Positions 28,005-39,337 are shown, counted from the first letter of the stretch. The stretch: DNA of 64,000 bases from Deltaproteobacteria bacterium (GCA_040218735.1 JAVJQW010000011.1:64001-128000), one strand, 5' to 3'. Notes: generated by a model from the letters alone, not told the origin. Program-made: numbers and translations.

Positions 28005-28553
28005 TCAGATCCCGACGGCCTTCTTGAACTTGTCGATCGCGCCCTCGGCGAAGCCGGAGCTGAGCCATCGGACCTGCCCGTCCGGCGAGATGATCACCGT
28101 CATGGGCAGCTCGTTCGCGTGGTAGCGACGGGCGAGCACGCCGAAGCGATCCGACAGCACCGGGTACTCGAGCGCGAGCTGATCCACGGTGAGCTTCTTC
28201 ATCGCCGCGATCCCCTCCGGGTCGGTGTCGATGACGACCACCGCGAGTTCCACGTTGGCGCCGTCGAGCGAGCCCTTCAGCTTCTTCAGCTCGGCGAGCT
28301 CCTTCTTGCACGGCACGCAGTACGACGCGGCGAAGCTGAGGACGACGGCGCGTTTCTTCGTCTTGGTGTCGTTACCGACGTAGTCGCGCAGCGCAAAGCG
28401 TTTCTTCTTCGACAGCTCGGGGTTCATCGTCTTGAGCGTGAACGACGGCGCCGTCTCGCCGACCTTCAGCTTCTCGTTCTCGGCGGCATCGCCGCTTTCG
28501 GCGCCGGCGAGGACGAGGCCGACGAGCGCGAGGGTGAGGATCGTTCGCTTCAC
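28005..28553 (-). CDS. TlpA/redoxin-family thiol-disulfide oxidoreductase
   Basis: Signal peptide, GETAPSFTL, FAASYCVPCKKE, LPMTVIISPDG. Confidence 0.85.
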   Translation of the reverse strand: MKRTILTLALVGLVLAGAESGDAAENEKLKVGETAPSFTLKTMNPELSKKKRFALRDYVGNDTKTKKRAVVLSFAASYCVPCKKELAELKKLKGSLDGANVELAVVVIDTDPEGIAAMKKLTVDQLALEYPVLSDRFGVLARRYHANELPMTVIISPDGQVRWLSSGFAEGAIDKFKKAVGI

Positions 28554-31500
28554 GACGCGGAGTCTACCGACGCCGGTGGCGCCTCGTCGAGGAGCGCTCG
28601 CACCTCGCGCAGCAAGTGTTTCGGTTCGTACGGCTTCGGGAGGAAGCGCTCCTGGGGACGGAGGTCGTCGATCGCGGCCTGCGTGTATCCCGAGACGTAC
28701 AGCACCCGGTCCACCGCCCCCGCTGCACGCAGCGCCTCGAACAGCTCGCGGCCGTTCATCTTGGGCATCACCACGTCCGTGACCAAGAGCGCCACCGACG
28801 ACGTCTTCGCCACCGCGATCGCCGCGGTCGGGGAGTCCACCTCGACGACCTCGTAGCCCCCTTGCTCCAGGATGCGCGCGGTCGCGGCGCGGGCGCCGTC
28901 GTCGTCGTCGCAGTAGAGGAGTCGTTCGCCACGGCCGGGCTCGACGGGTGCGTCGTCCGCGGCCATGTCGACGCTCGGATCCACGCTGTCGGACGCCGGG
29001 AACAACACGTCGAAGCGCGTCCCCACGCCGACCCGGCTCTGCACGACCACCTGCCCCCCCGCCTGCGACACGATGCCGTGTACGACGGACAGACCCAGTC
29101 CACTATTCTCCTGCGATTCCTTCGTCGAGTAGAACGGCTCGAAGACCCGGTCGAGGACCTCCTCCGTCATCCCGATGCCGTCGTCGACCACGCTGAGGCG
29201 AACGTGCGGCCCGACCAGCCCGCGGCCCGCGTACCGCTCCGCCAGATCGCTCTCGTCGAGCTGCTTGATCCCCAGCGCGATCGTCCCGCCCTTCGGCATG
29301 GCCTGACTCGCGTTGATCACGAGGTTCACCAAGACCTGTTCGAGGTGCGCCGGATCCGCGTAGACCGCACCGACCTGCCCTTCGACCTCGAGCGCGATGT
29401 CGATGTCGTCGCGCAGCAGCCGCGAGAGCATCGGGAGCATCGCGCGGACGATCCGATCCAGCGCGACGTAGCGCGGCTGCACCGACTCGCGGCGGCCGAA
29501 CGCGAGGAGCTTCTTCGTGAGCGTCGTCGTGCGCTCCACGCCCGAACCGATCTCCAGGAGGTCGGCACGCGCCGCGCCGCCGTCACCCGACTCGACCGAC
29601 ATCAGCGCGAGGTCCGCGTAACACTTCACGGCGGTCAGCATGTTGTTGATGTCGTGCGCGATGCCGCCGGCGAGCCGACCCATCGCATCGACGCGCTGAC
29701 TCCGAAGGAGCTGCTCGCGGAGGCGGCGCTCCTCGGCGTGCGCGGCGACGAGCGGACTGAGGTCGACCACGCTGACCAACGTTCGAGTCGTGCCGCCGAA
29801 CACGTAGGACGCGACCTGCACGCGCGCCTCGAACGACGTGCCGTCCTTGCGCCGACACGCCTGCACCGACGCCTCGTTGTCGCTCTCGTTCACGTACACG
29901 ATCGACGACAGCGGTTGGTCGAGCAGCTCGTCCGGTGCGTAGCCGAACATGGTGCACGCGGCCGGGTTCGCGTCGAGGACGACACGATCGACCCCGACCA
30001 CGAAGAACCCGTTCTCGGAGGAGCGGAAGACGCTGCGGTAGTGCATCTCGCGATCGCGGAGCGCGGCCTCGGCGACCAGCCGGCTGTCGATCTCCCTCGA
30101 CAACTCTCGGTTCTGACGGTCGATGCGCCGTGTCCGCCACGCCGACCACGCGTAGACGAGCCCGAGGAAGAGGACGACGAGCCCGCCGCGGAACGGGAGG
30201 GTCTCGGTCACGTGCGGCGGCAGGTCGAAGCTGAACGCGGCGGTCGGGCCGACCACCCGATCCTCGTTGATCGCGCGGACCTCGAAGCGATACGTCCCCG
30301 GCGCGAGGCCATCGAAGATCGCCTGCTCCCGCCGCCCCGGGACGCGGAGCCAAGCGTCGGAGAGGCCGAGCAGCCGATACTCGAACGTGCGCAGGCCCGG
30401 CTCGCGAAGCATGGCGGCTCGAAACTGCACCGAGAGCGCGCCACGACCCGGCGGAAGGTCCGTGGCTTCGCCGGCGGTCAGCGGGCGACCGTCGACCGAC
30501 GCCTCCGTGATGACCACGACCGGCGCGACGGGGTTGCCTTCCACCGCGTCGAGGCGAACGACACACACACCCTCCACGGTCGGCACCCACAGCTTCGCGC
30601 CGTCGAAGAACCCGGGCGGTGATGCGTAGCCTTCGGTTTCGAAGAGTCGGATCGGCTGGCCTCGGAGTACCGCCCGTGCTCCGGAGCCGACGGCGTCGTA
30701 CTCCGCGAGCGTCGCGCCGAACACCCCGAGGTTGCCGGTGACCCACACGCCATCGTTCGCGTCGATCGCGATGTACGAGACGAAGTCGTCGAGGAGCCCC
30801 TCCGCGGTCGTGAAGTGTTGTGTGCCCCCGGACGTGAACCGGACGAGCCCGCCGCCGTAGGTGCCGATGAAGACATCGCCGTCGTGGAAACGGATCGCAC
30901 GCACTTCGCCGGGCGGGATACCGTCCGCCTCGGTGCGAACCGTCGGAGCTTCGTCGACGACGACGACACGCCCTTCCCCGCCGACCCACAACGCACCGTC
31001 GGGGGCACGGGCGAGCGTCGCGACGGGGCCCTTCACCGGCGCGTCGATCGGCTCCAGGTGATCTTCGTCGAATCGGTAGAGCTTGCCGAGCCGCGTGCCG
31101 AGGACGACGCGCCCGGCCTCGACCAAGAGCGACGTACACACGTCGCCTTGCTCCGGCAGCTCGAACACCTCGCGCTCCGTGCCGTGTCGCTCCAACGCGG
31201 ACTCCGTGCAGATCCACAGCGCCCCCGAGCTCTCGTCGTGGGCCATCGCCTCGATGCAGTCCTGCACCGGCACGGCGCGCTGCGTTCCGTCGGGCGACAT
31301 CCGCGTGTACGCGTAACACTGGTTGCCGAAGACCATGTCCTCGCCGGCGGCGACGATCCCCGTCACCGAGCGCGCGGCGGTGTGCCGCGGCGGGTAGTGA
31401 TCGACCGGGACGGGCTTGAGGCGCCACAGCCCGTTACCGGACACGCCGACCCACAGGTTGCGCTCACGGTCGGCGTAGAGCGCCCGGATGACCGTCGACC

Positions 31501-32350
31501 ACCGAACGACGTGAGGCGCGGAGACCGGACCTCCCTCGGCTTCGCGGTGCGCCCACTCCAGCGACGGCACGAAGTGGAGGGCCCCGTCGATCGAGAACCA
31601 CGCGTGCCCGTCGAGATCGACGATCGGACCGCGGGCCCATCGGGCGCCGTCGCCGTTCGACGCGACGAGGTGCTGCGCCCGTCCGTCGACGACGCGGTAC
31701 AGGCCGTCCTCCGTCACGAAGTAGATCGCGCCGTCGAGCACGCTCACGCTGAGGATTTGATCGCGGACCTCGACGATCGGTTCGCGCGCTCCGCCGACCA
31801 GCCGCTCGAGTCGTCCGCCGAGCGTGAAGACGACGCCCGCATCATCGACGGGCGCGGCGCGATAGACGTGGTCGACCACGGTCGTCCACACGCCATCGAC
31901 CCACTTCATGAGGCGCTGTTCGTTCACCGCCCACAGCGTCTCGTCCGCCCAGAACAACAGCTCCACCGCGCCGGTCGACATCGCCGCAGCTTCAGGGCGT
32001 GCCTCGACGCGCCCGGCGTGGATGTGCTGCAGGCCGCGCCCTTCGAGGCCGACCCAGAGATCGTCGTTCGTCCCGACCGCGAGCCCCAGGGTTCGGGGCG
32101 ACCTCAACCCGTTGGCGTAGCCGACGACGTCGAACGTCGTGCCGTCGAATCGCGCGACCCCACCGAAGGTGGAGACCCAGAGGAAGCCGTCCTGGTCTTG
32201 AGCGAGGTCGGTGACCGTGTTCTGCGGGAGACCGTGCTGGTCGTGCCAGGTGTCCGGGCGGAAGCCGGGGACGAAGCCGGTCGGGTTGGCCTCGGCGGTC
32301 GGACTCGCAAGGAAAGTCGCGAGGAGGAGTAGTCGGGGCGCCGCGCGCAT
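28550..32350 (-). CDS. Hybrid sensor histidine kinase (periplasmic beta-propeller/Y_Y_Y, PAS, HisKA, HATPase, receiver)
   Basis: GLPQNTV...QDQDGFLW; FEYRLLG...LAPGTYRFEVRA; GIAHDINN; NLVINA; FEPFYSTK; GLGL; LLVTDVVMP...PKP. Confidence 0.92.
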   Translation of the reverse strand: MRAAPRLLLLATFLASPTAEANPTGFVPGFRPDTWHDQHGLPQNTVTDLAQDQDGFLWVSTFGGVARFDGTTFDVVGYANGLRSPRTLGLAVGTNDDLWVGLEGRGLQHIHAGRVEARPEAAAMSTGAVELLFWADETLWAVNEQRLMKWVDGVWTTVVDHVYRAAPVDDAGVVFTLGGRLERLVGGAREPIVEVRDQILSVSVLDGAIYFVTEDGLYRVVDGRAQHLVASNGDGARWARGPIVDLDGHAWFSIDGALHFVPSLEWAHREAEGGPVSAPHVVRWSTVIRALYADRERNLWVGVSGNGLWRLKPVPVDHYPPRHTAARSVTGIVAAGEDMVFGNQCYAYTRMSPDGTQRAVPVQDCIEAMAHDESSGALWICTESALERHGTEREVFELPEQGDVCTSLLVEAGRVVLGTRLGKLYRFDEDHLEPIDAPVKGPVATLARAPDGALWVGGEGRVVVVDEAPTVRTEADGIPPGEVRAIRFHDGDVFIGTYGGGLVRFTSGGTQHFTTAEGLLDDFVSYIAIDANDGVWVTGNLGVFGATLAEYDAVGSGARAVLRGQPIRLFETEGYASPPGFFDGAKLWVPTVEGVCVVRLDAVEGNPVAPVVVITEASVDGRPLTAGEATDLPPGRGALSVQFRAAMLREPGLRTFEYRLLGLSDAWLRVPGRREQAIFDGLAPGTYRFEVRAINEDRVVGPTAAFSFDLPPHVTETLPFRGGLVVLFLGLVYAWSAWRTRRIDRQNRELSREIDSRLVAEAALRDREMHYRSVFRSSENGFFVVGVDRVVLDANPAACTMFGYAPDELLDQPLSSIVYVNESDNEASVQACRRKDGTSFEARVQVASYVFGGTTRTLVSVVDLSPLVAAHAEERRLREQLLRSQRVDAMGRLAGGIAHDINNMLTAVKCYADLALMSVESGDGGAARADLLEIGSGVERTTTLTKKLLAFGRRESVQPRYVALDRIVRAMLPMLSRLLRDDIDIALEVEGQVGAVYADPAHLEQVLVNLVINASQAMPKGGTIALGIKQLDESDLAERYAGRGLVGPHVRLSVVDDGIGMTEEVLDRVFEPFYSTKESQENSGLGLSVVHGIVSQAGGQVVVQSRVGVGTRFDVLFPASDSVDPSVDMAADDAPVEPGRGERLLYCDDDDGARAATARILEQGGYEVVEVDSPTAAIAVAKTSSVALLVTDVVMPKMNGRELFEALRAAGAVDRVLYVSGYTQAAIDDLRPQERFLPKPYEPKHLLREVRALLDEAPPASVDSAS

Positions 32351-32399
32351 CCAGTGCGCAGTATACGCGCGGCGGCCCGGGGGATCAGAAGGGTTGGAC

Positions 32400-35300
32400 T
32401 CAGAATTCGGTCATCTCGTCGAAGTCGAAGTCGTCGTGACCGGCCGAGACGTAGGCCTCGGCGGCCGGCGACGACGCCGCGGGCTTCTTGACGCGCGGCG
32501 TGGCGGCCACGGCCTGCCGGGGCGCGCTCTGCTCGCTGTCGTCCACGCGGAAGAAGGAGACGAGCTGCTGCAGGTTGTCGGCCTGCTCGTCCATCGAAGA
32601 GCTCGCCGCGGCGGCCTCTTCGACGAGCGCCGCGTTCTGCTGCGTCATCTCGTCCATCTGCGTCACGGCCTTGTTGACCTGCTCGATACCCTGCGCCTGC
32701 TCGTCCGAGGCGGCGGCGATCTCGGCGATGATGTCGCTGACCTTCTTCACGCCGGCGACGATCTCCTCGAGCGTGGCACCCGACTGATCGACCAGCCGCG
32801 AACCGTCCTCGACCTTGGCGACGCTGTCCTTGATGAGCGCCTTGATCTCCTTCGCCGCTCCGGCGCTCCGCTGCGCGAGGTTACGAACCTCGGCCGCGAC
32901 CACCGCGAACCCACGCCCCTGCTCACCGGCACGTGCGGCTTCGACCGCAGCGTTCAGCGCGAGGAGGTTGGTCTGGAAGGCAATCTCGTCGATGACGCCG
33001 ATGATGTCCGAGATCTTCTTCGAGGAAGAGTTGATCTCGCTCATCGCGGAGACGGCCTGGCCGACGACCTGACCGCCCTTCTCGGCGACGGCACGCGCCT
33101 CGGCGGCGAGCTGGTTCGCCTGCGCCGCGTTGTCCGCGTTCTGCTTCACGGTGCCGGTCATCTGCTCGATGGTCGCCGCCGTCTCCTCGAGCGCGGCCGC
33201 CTGCTGCTGGGTGCGGGAGCTGAGGTTGCTGTTGCCCTCGTTCAGCTCACCCGCGCCCTGCGCGATGCGACCCGCACCCTCGCGGATCTGGCCGACCATG
33301 CCGCGGAGGTTGCCGAGCGACGAGTTGAGCGCGTCGGACAGCTCCTTGAACGCCCCCTCGTACTCGCCGTCAGACTCCTGCGTGAGGTCACCCTTCGAGA
33401 GCGCGCCGACCACGCTGGTCGTCTCGCGCATCGGCGCGACGAAGGCGTCGAGCATCGTGTTGACGCCCTCGCCGACCACCTGCAGGAAGCCGGTCCAGCC
33501 CTGCGCCTCGAGGCGTTTGTCCAGGTTGCCGGCGGCGGCTTCGCGGATCAGCGCGTCGATCTGGTGCTCGGCGTCTTCCTGCGCCGTGATGTCCTGCCAC
33601 TCGAGCGTGTTGCCGAGGTAGGTGCCGTCGGTGCCGTTGATCGCCGTGACGTTGAGCGAGAAGCGCAGCGGCCCCACGCGAATCTTCGTCTTGTACGGGA
33701 GCCGCGACGGGTCGGCGAGGAGGTTGCGCTGGTGCGACGGGCTCTTGTGGAACACGTCGATGCAGGCGCCCACGATCTTCGACGCCGAGAAACCCGGGTA
33801 GACCTCACGCATCGTGCTCTCGTGCTTGGAGAGCAGCTGGAGGGTCGCGTCGTTCGCGTAGGTGATGACGAAGTCGCGGTCGATCATCATCAGCGGCGTC
33901 GAAGCGTTGGTGACCGCCTGTCGGAGGATCTCGGCCTTGTTCTCGGCCTCCTCCTGCGCGGTGATCTCCTGCCAATCGAGCATGTTCCCGACGTACTCAC
34001 CCTTCGCGTTGGTGATCGCGGTGACGTTCAGCGAGAACCGAAGCGGTCCGACGGTGATCTTCGTCTTGTAGGGGAGCCGCGACGGGTCGTCGAGGAGCCG
34101 CCGCTGGTGCGACGGGTTCTTGTGGAACACGTCGATGCACGCGCCGACGACGTTCTTGGCCGAGAAGCCGGGGTAGATCGAACGAAGCGTCTCCTCGTGA
34201 CGCGACAACAGCTCGATGGTCGCGTTGTTCGCGTACGTGATGACGAAGTCACGGTCGATCATCATCAGCGGAGCCGACGAGTTGGTCACGGCCTGCTGGA
34301 GCGTGTCGGCGCTCTCCTGCGCGACCCGCTGGCGCTCGACTTCGGCGAGGCGCTCCATCGACTGGGAGACGAGCCGACCGACGTTGCGCAACGCTTCCAA
34401 GCGGCCCTCGCTGGGGCTCAGCTCTTCGAGCGCGAAGAAGTCCATCGTCCCGACCACTTCGCCGCCGACGACGATCGGGAAACACACGCCGGACTTCACG
34501 CCCGCGCGCACCGCCGACTCACGGCGGCAGCAGTCCGTCATCTCTCCGAGGTCCTTGACGAAGTAGAGATCGCGACGCTGCCAGGTGCGGCCCGACAGCC
34601 CGACGCCCTCGGCGAAGGAAGCCGTCGCGGTGACGCGGTGGAACTCGTCCGTGACGCGACCGGAGTCGACCGCGAACTCGAGCGCGTGACTCTCCGGGTT
34701 CACCTTCCAGTAGGAGCCATACGCCCAACCGAACGCCTCCTTGACCGTTTCGAGCGCGCGCTTCGCGGCACCTTCCACGGACTCCGCGTCCGACAGCGCG
34801 GACAGCACGCGGTTGACCGCTTCGACGTCCCGGGCGGCCTCGCGCTGCTCTTCGATCGCGGCGATCTGCCCGAACGCCTGCGACACGAGACGGCCGACTT
34901 CGCGGAGCGCCTCGAGGCGCTCCTCGCTCGGCTGCAGAACCTCGAGCGCGAAGAAGTCCATCGTGCCGACGACTTCACCGGCCTGGACGATCGGGAAACA
35001 CACGCCGGACTTCACGCCCGCGCGCATCGCCGACTCGCGGCGGCAGCAGTCGTGCATCTCGCCGAGGTCCTCGACGAAGTACAGGTCGCGCTTCTGCCAG
35101 GTGCGGCCGGAGAGGCCGACGCCGTACGCGAAGCTCGCCGACTCCGTCACCTCGTGGAACTCGGGCGTGACCCGCCCGGAGTCCACGACGAACTTCAGCG
35201 CCTTCGCGTCCTGGTCGACCTGCCAATACGAGCCGTAGGCCCAACCGAATGCGTCCTTGACGGCGTCGAGCGCGGCCTTCGCCGCCTCGCGGGTCGAAGC

Positions 35301-35405
35301 GGCGCCCTGGACGGCCTTGACGACCTTCGTCACGGCCTGAGCGTCCGCCAGCTGCTCGGACAGCACGTTGATCTTCTGTGCGGAACTGGTCCTCTTCGTT
35401 GCCAC
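32400..35405 (-). CDS. Soluble methyl-accepting chemotaxis protein (2 GAF, 2 Aer2-like PAS, signalling domain)
   Basis: No TM; two GAF repeats; two PAS with IDVFHK(N/S)PSHQR; [30 protein letters not shown]; ends DEMTEF. Confidence 0.92.
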   Translation of the reverse strand: MATKRTSSAQKINVLSEQLADAQAVTKVVKAVQGAASTREAAKAALDAVKDAFGWAYGSYWQVDQDAKALKFVVDSGRVTPEFHEVTESASFAYGVGLSGRTWQKRDLYFVEDLGEMHDCCRRESAMRAGVKSGVCFPIVQAGEVVGTMDFFALEVLQPSEERLEALREVGRLVSQAFGQIAAIEEQREAARDVEAVNRVLSALSDAESVEGAAKRALETVKEAFGWAYGSYWKVNPESHALEFAVDSGRVTDEFHRVTATASFAEGVGLSGRTWQRRDLYFVKDLGEMTDCCRRESAVRAGVKSGVCFPIVVGGEVVGTMDFFALEELSPSEGRLEALRNVGRLVSQSMERLAEVERQRVAQESADTLQQAVTNSSAPLMMIDRDFVITYANNATIELLSRHEETLRSIYPGFSAKNVVGACIDVFHKNPSHQRRLLDDPSRLPYKTKITVGPLRFSLNVTAITNAKGEYVGNMLDWQEITAQEEAENKAEILRQAVTNASTPLMMIDRDFVITYANDATLQLLSKHESTMREVYPGFSASKIVGACIDVFHKSPSHQRNLLADPSRLPYKTKIRVGPLRFSLNVTAINGTDGTYLGNTLEWQDITAQEDAEHQIDALIREAAAGNLDKRLEAQGWTGFLQVVGEGVNTMLDAFVAPMRETTSVVGALSKGDLTQESDGEYEGAFKELSDALNSSLGNLRGMVGQIREGAGRIAQGAGELNEGNSNLSSRTQQQAAALEETAATIEQMTGTVKQNADNAAQANQLAAEARAVAEKGGQVVGQAVSAMSEINSSSKKISDIIGVIDEIAFQTNLLALNAAVEAARAGEQGRGFAVVAAEVRNLAQRSAGAAKEIKALIKDSVAKVEDGSRLVDQSGATLEEIVAGVKKVSDIIAEIAAASDEQAQGIEQVNKAVTQMDEMTQQNAALVEEAAAASSSMDEQADNLQQLVSFFRVDDSEQSAPRQAVAATPRVKKPAASSPAAEAYVSAGHDDFDFDEMTEF

Positions 35406-35432
35406 TATTCTACTTCCTTCTCGACACTACAT

Positions 35433-35951
35433 TCAGTGGATCACATTCGAGCGAACGTGCTCGTACGTGCGGTTGCCATCCAAGAGCTCATCGATCTCGA
35501 GAACGATGATCATCTTGTCGTCCATGGTTGCGAGGCCCTTCACGAAGGCCGTGGTCGCGCTCGCGCCAAAATCAGGTGGCGGCTTCATCGCGTCCGGCGG
35601 TACGTCGTAGACCTCCGAAACGGCGTCCACGACCATGCCCACCGGGCGCGGTCCCTTCTCGGACTGCACGAGGACGAGAATGACGACCGTCGTCGGCCCG
35701 TACTCGACCTCCGCAAGCCCGAAGCGCGCGCGCAAGTCGACGACGGGGACGATCAAGCCACGAAGGTTGATCACCCCGCGCACGTAATGCGGCGTGTTCG
35801 GAATCTCACTCGCCCGCTCCCAACCCCGAATCTCCTGCACCCGCAGGATGTCCACGCCGTACTCTTCACCGGCGAGGAGGAAGGTGAGGAACTGACGGGT
35901 CTCGGACGTGACCTGCTCGTCTTGGTGCTCTAGCGCGTGTCCTTGAACCAA
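35433..35951 (-). CDS. cheW: Chemotaxis coupling protein CheW
   Basis: FLTFLLAGEEYGVDILRVQEIRG...GVINLRGLIVPVVDLR...VDAVSEV. Start is uncertain (TTG 35951 used). Confidence 0.9.
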   Translation of the reverse strand: MVQGHALEHQDEQVTSETRQFLTFLLAGEEYGVDILRVQEIRGWERASEIPNTPHYVRGVINLRGLIVPVVDLRARFGLAEVEYGPTTVVILVLVQSEKGPRPVGMVVDAVSEVYDVPPDAMKPPPDFGASATTAFVKGLATMDDKMIIVLEIDELLDGNRTYEHVRSNVIH

Positions 35952-36127
35952 GCTCGAAACCCCCTGAGCACGGGTGGCAGAAAACGCACCCGGGCTACGG
36001 GAAAGAGGGATCGGACGGTTCGACCGAGATTCGAGCCTGAGCAGGGTGAATACACTCGAAAAGTGTCGGGGCCGATTCGGAGGCCTCGCGCTCATACCGG
36101 GCTGAAGACGTCCGATGGATCGAAGTC

Positions 36128-36412
36128 ATGGCCGACTCCGCGCACCGTATCGCCCTCCCGAACCGGCTCGGCATCGCCAACGTCACCGCGTTCAAGGAAG
36201 TGCTCACGGGCTGCTTCGAACAGTCCGGTCCGATCCACGTCGAGGCCGACGCGGTCGAGCGCATCGACGCCGCGGGACTGCAGCTGATGTTCGCCTTCGT
36301 CACGGCGGCGCACGAGCGTGGGCAGCCGGTCGAGTGGAAGGCGCCGTCCGAGGTCGTTCTGAAGACGGCGACGATGCTCGGTCTCGCCGAAGCCCTCGGC
36401 CTCGGCGGATGA
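36128..36412 (+). CDS. STAS-domain (anti-anti-sigma-like) protein
   Basis: 94 aa, VERIDAAGLQLM motif; divergent from cheW. Confidence 0.8.
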   Translation: MADSAHRIALPNRLGIANVTAFKEVLTGCFEQSGPIHVEADAVERIDAAGLQLMFAFVTAAHERGQPVEWKAPSEVVLKTATMLGLAEALGLGG

Positions 36413-36420
36413 CGGCTCGG

Positions 36421-38562
36421 TTAGGCCGCGAGCTCTCGTGACACGGCGCGGGCGAGCTCGCGGAGCGACTTCGACACCGCGCGCGTCGACGCGCTCTCGC
36501 TGAACTCGAGGCTCGTGAACGGCTTGACCGCCGCCCTCAGCGCGCGCACCTCGCCGCGCTGCACACCTGTGAGCACAGCGACGGCGGCGGCGATGACGTC
36601 ACGGCGCGGACGGCGCTGCGGCGCGAGCTTCAATCGCAGCTGTTCGAGGAGCGCGACGGCGACCTCGATCACCCGCGGGTCGTCGGGAGCGAGCGGGAGG
36701 ATCCCGGCGAGCATACACGCGAGGTCCTTCACGTACTCGAAGCCGTCCTCCTCGTCGTCGGTGCTCTCCCAGTCGGCGACGCGCGCCTCCATCTGCGCGC
36801 GCAGGAACGCGAGGCCGTCCTCCCCCGCCGCCGAGGCGTACGCCTCCACGACCGAAGCGCGACCGCCGTCGTCGATGCGCCCGAGCCTCCGCGCCACGGC
36901 GCGCTCCAGCCCGGGTAGCGCGAGCTTGCTCTTCAGCTCGCCCGCGGCGACGGCGGCCCGCACGCACATGTCCCAGTTCGCGGGCGAAAAGCTCGCGTGA
37001 CCGAGGAGCTGCGCGAGCACCTCGTGTGTCTGGAGGGTGTCGCGTTTCATCAGCTGGATCAGCGGCTCGTCGGAGGCCATGCGAATCCAGTCGTCCATCT
37101 CGCGGAGCCACGCGCGCGCGCCCTCCGTGAGCACCTGCGTCGCGCGCGGCTCCTCGAAGTGGCCGTACGCACGGAAGAGCTCGGTGAGGCGCCGCGGCCC
37201 GAAGTTCTCGGTGCCGATGCGCGACAGCTCCGCCTCGAACGTCGCGACGTCCTCGGCGAGGTGGGCCCACGCGAGGATCAACCCCCACGAGGCGCCTTCG
37301 TGGGTGTCCCCCACCCGCGCCGCACGCTCGAGGCGCGCGAGGACCAGCGGACGAAAGCGCTGATCGACGACCTCCGCGAGGCGGTCCATCGCACGATCGG
37401 CGTCGAGTCCTCCGTGCAGCGGCGCGGGCCCCGGGGCGATCGCCCCGCCGCGCGAGAGGTGCTCCAGCAACAGCAGCGCTTCCCGCGCGAGCGCGTCGTC
37501 GTCGGACGTCGCTTCGATCTCGGCGAGCGCGGCGTGCGCCTCCCGGTGCTCGATCTCCTCGTCCGCGAGCCGCTCGTGGAGGCGGCTGCGCGCGCCAGCG
37601 CCGAGGACCTCGTTCGGCGCCGCCCGGATCGCGACGTCCCGCAGAGCGTTCAGCTGCGCGGTGTCCCGGTCCGCCATCTTCATGCGCGTCCCATCGCGGA
37701 GCCGCTGGATGCACTGGCGCGACTCGATGACGACCTGCGAGGCGAAGTGCCCGGTGAGCTCGAGGGCCTCGCTGAGCGCGTGGCGGTTGTCGAAGAAGTG
37801 GTGCGACCACAGCCAGTAGGTCGCGACGTGCGGCCAACGCTTGGCGGCGTCCTTCTCGTCCTCCCACCGCGCGAGCGGTGCCGCCCGCTGCACCGCGGAG
37901 CCGAAGTCGCGCCCGATGCCGAGGAGCGCGTGCACCAACCACTCCGCGCGAGCGAACAGCTTCGCCGGGTCGAGGTGCGGCGGCAGCGGCTCCACCGAGG
38001 CCACCGCCTCGAACAGCTTCAGCGCCGAAGACAGGTGCTGACCCTCGCTCGACGAGAACCGGACGTCGTCGAACTCTTCGCGCTCCTCCTCCTCCACCAG
38101 TCGGAACAGGCGGGCCGCGATCGACTGGTCCGTCGGCCACAGGCCCCAGTCCTGGGGGTGGAAGTAGTAGACCCGCGCGGAGCCCGAGGGCGTCGACGCC
38201 CAGGACGCGAGGAAGCTCATCTCGTCCTGCTGGACGATGACGGACGCGGCGCAGAGGAACCCGAGCAGGTCCGCGATCCAGGACGGCCCGCGGCGGTCGA
38301 TGAAGTCGAACAGGGTCAGCTTCGTGCCGGGCGCGCGAAGCTCCGCGTACGCGGGGTCGGCGACCTCCATCTCGTAGCGCTCGAAGATCTCGATCCAGCG
38401 CGCGAGCTCCCCTTCGAAGGCGTGCCCCTGCGTCGCGGCGAGCGGCGCGAGGATCTTGATCGGGCGCTCCCGCGGCGTCGCGAAGCGTTCGACGATCGCC
38501 TCGAGCCGCTCGGCGCTCCCCCCGAAGAGCGCACGGGCCTCCGCCTCCGAAACCAGAGCCAT
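36421..38562 (-). CDS. Hypothetical protein with alpha-helical repeat C-terminus
   Basis: 713-aa ORF with normal composition that fills the gap; no family recognised with confidence. Confidence 0.6.
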   Translation of the reverse strand: MALVSEAEARALFGGSAERLEAIVERFATPRERPIKILAPLAATQGHAFEGELARWIEIFERYEMEVADPAYAELRAPGTKLTLFDFIDRRGPSWIADLLGFLCAASVIVQQDEMSFLASWASTPSGSARVYYFHPQDWGLWPTDQSIAARLFRLVEEEEREEFDDVRFSSSEGQHLSSALKLFEAVASVEPLPPHLDPAKLFARAEWLVHALLGIGRDFGSAVQRAAPLARWEDEKDAAKRWPHVATYWLWSHHFFDNRHALSEALELTGHFASQVVIESRQCIQRLRDGTRMKMADRDTAQLNALRDVAIRAAPNEVLGAGARSRLHERLADEEIEHREAHAALAEIEATSDDDALAREALLLLEHLSRGGAIAPGPAPLHGGLDADRAMDRLAEVVDQRFRPLVLARLERAARVGDTHEGASWGLILAWAHLAEDVATFEAELSRIGTENFGPRRLTELFRAYGHFEEPRATQVLTEGARAWLREMDDWIRMASDEPLIQLMKRDTLQTHEVLAQLLGHASFSPANWDMCVRAAVAAGELKSKLALPGLERAVARRLGRIDDGGRASVVEAYASAAGEDGLAFLRAQMEARVADWESTDDEEDGFEYVKDLACMLAGILPLAPDDPRVIEVAVALLEQLRLKLAPQRRPRRDVIAAAVAVLTGVQRGEVRALRAAVKPFTSLEFSESASTRAVSKSLRELARAVSRELAA

Positions 38563-38680
38563 CGGGGGACGCTAGCACGGTGCAGATCGGTCCGGCGAAA
38601 ACTCGGACGCCGGATCGGTGATCCGATCCTCGGGATCGCGCCGATCCCCTGCCCCTCTCGATGGCGTGGTTCGTGATCCG

Positions 38681-39337
38681 TCAGCGACGCCGGTCCGCAC
38701 CGCGCGGTCGGGAGAGGAAACGATCCACCACGACGCCGTCGAGCGGGTCCTCGCCGTCGAGGTTCAACGCGACGTACTCGAGGCTGTCGTTCCCCCAGAA
38801 CAACTCGTCGCCGACCACGAACGTCGGCACGCCGAAGACCCCCGCTTCGATCGCCTCGGCCGTCAGGTCCTTCAGACGAGCCTTCGACTCCGGCGCCTTC
38901 GCCGCTTCGACGAGCGCCGCACCGTCGTGCCCGCGCTCGGTGAGCGCCGCGGCGATCACGTCGTCGTCACCGCCGTCGATCCCGCCCGTGCCCCAGATCG
39001 CGTCGAACAGATCGTCGACGCGGCGGTGCTGGGTCTCGGGGTCCGCCGGCAGCGCGGCGATACGCAGCGCGGTGAGCGTGCGGAACGGGTGCGTCGCGGG
39101 CCCGACGAGCGGGATGCCGCGGCGCATCGCGTAGCGGACGATGTGTTTGAACGTCCACACGCGCTTCGCCGGGATCTCCGCCGGGCCCAGCTGACCGTGG
39201 TGGTCGAGGAGCGCCGCGAACACAACCGGGCGGACGTCGAGCGCCAGGTCGCGCTCCTTCGCGAGGGTGCGGACGTTGCGCCAGCCGAAGTAGGCGTAGG
39301 GCGAGATGAAGTCGAGGTAGACGCGGACGGTGGCCAC
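38681..39337 (-). CDS. 2-hydroxychromene-2-carboxylate isomerase / DsbA-family (GST-kappa-like) protein
   Basis: YLDFISPYAY, HPF, GVFGVPTFVVGDELFWGND. Confidence 0.88.
   Translation of the reverse strand: MATVRVYLDFISPYAYFGWRNVRTLAKERDLALDVRPVVFAALLDHHGQLGPAEIPAKRVWTFKHIVRYAMRRGIPLVGPATHPFRTLTALRIAALPADPETQHRRVDDLFDAIWGTGGIDGGDDDVIAAALTERGHDGAALVEAAKAPESKARLKDLTAEAIEAGVFGVPTFVVGDELFWGNDSLEYVALNLDGEDPLDGVVVDRFLSRPRGADRRR

Noticed and set aside
28005-28553. TlpA as part of the Cys-rich peptide system
   Set aside because: 12 kb away, on the opposite strand and coupled to an unrelated hybrid kinase.
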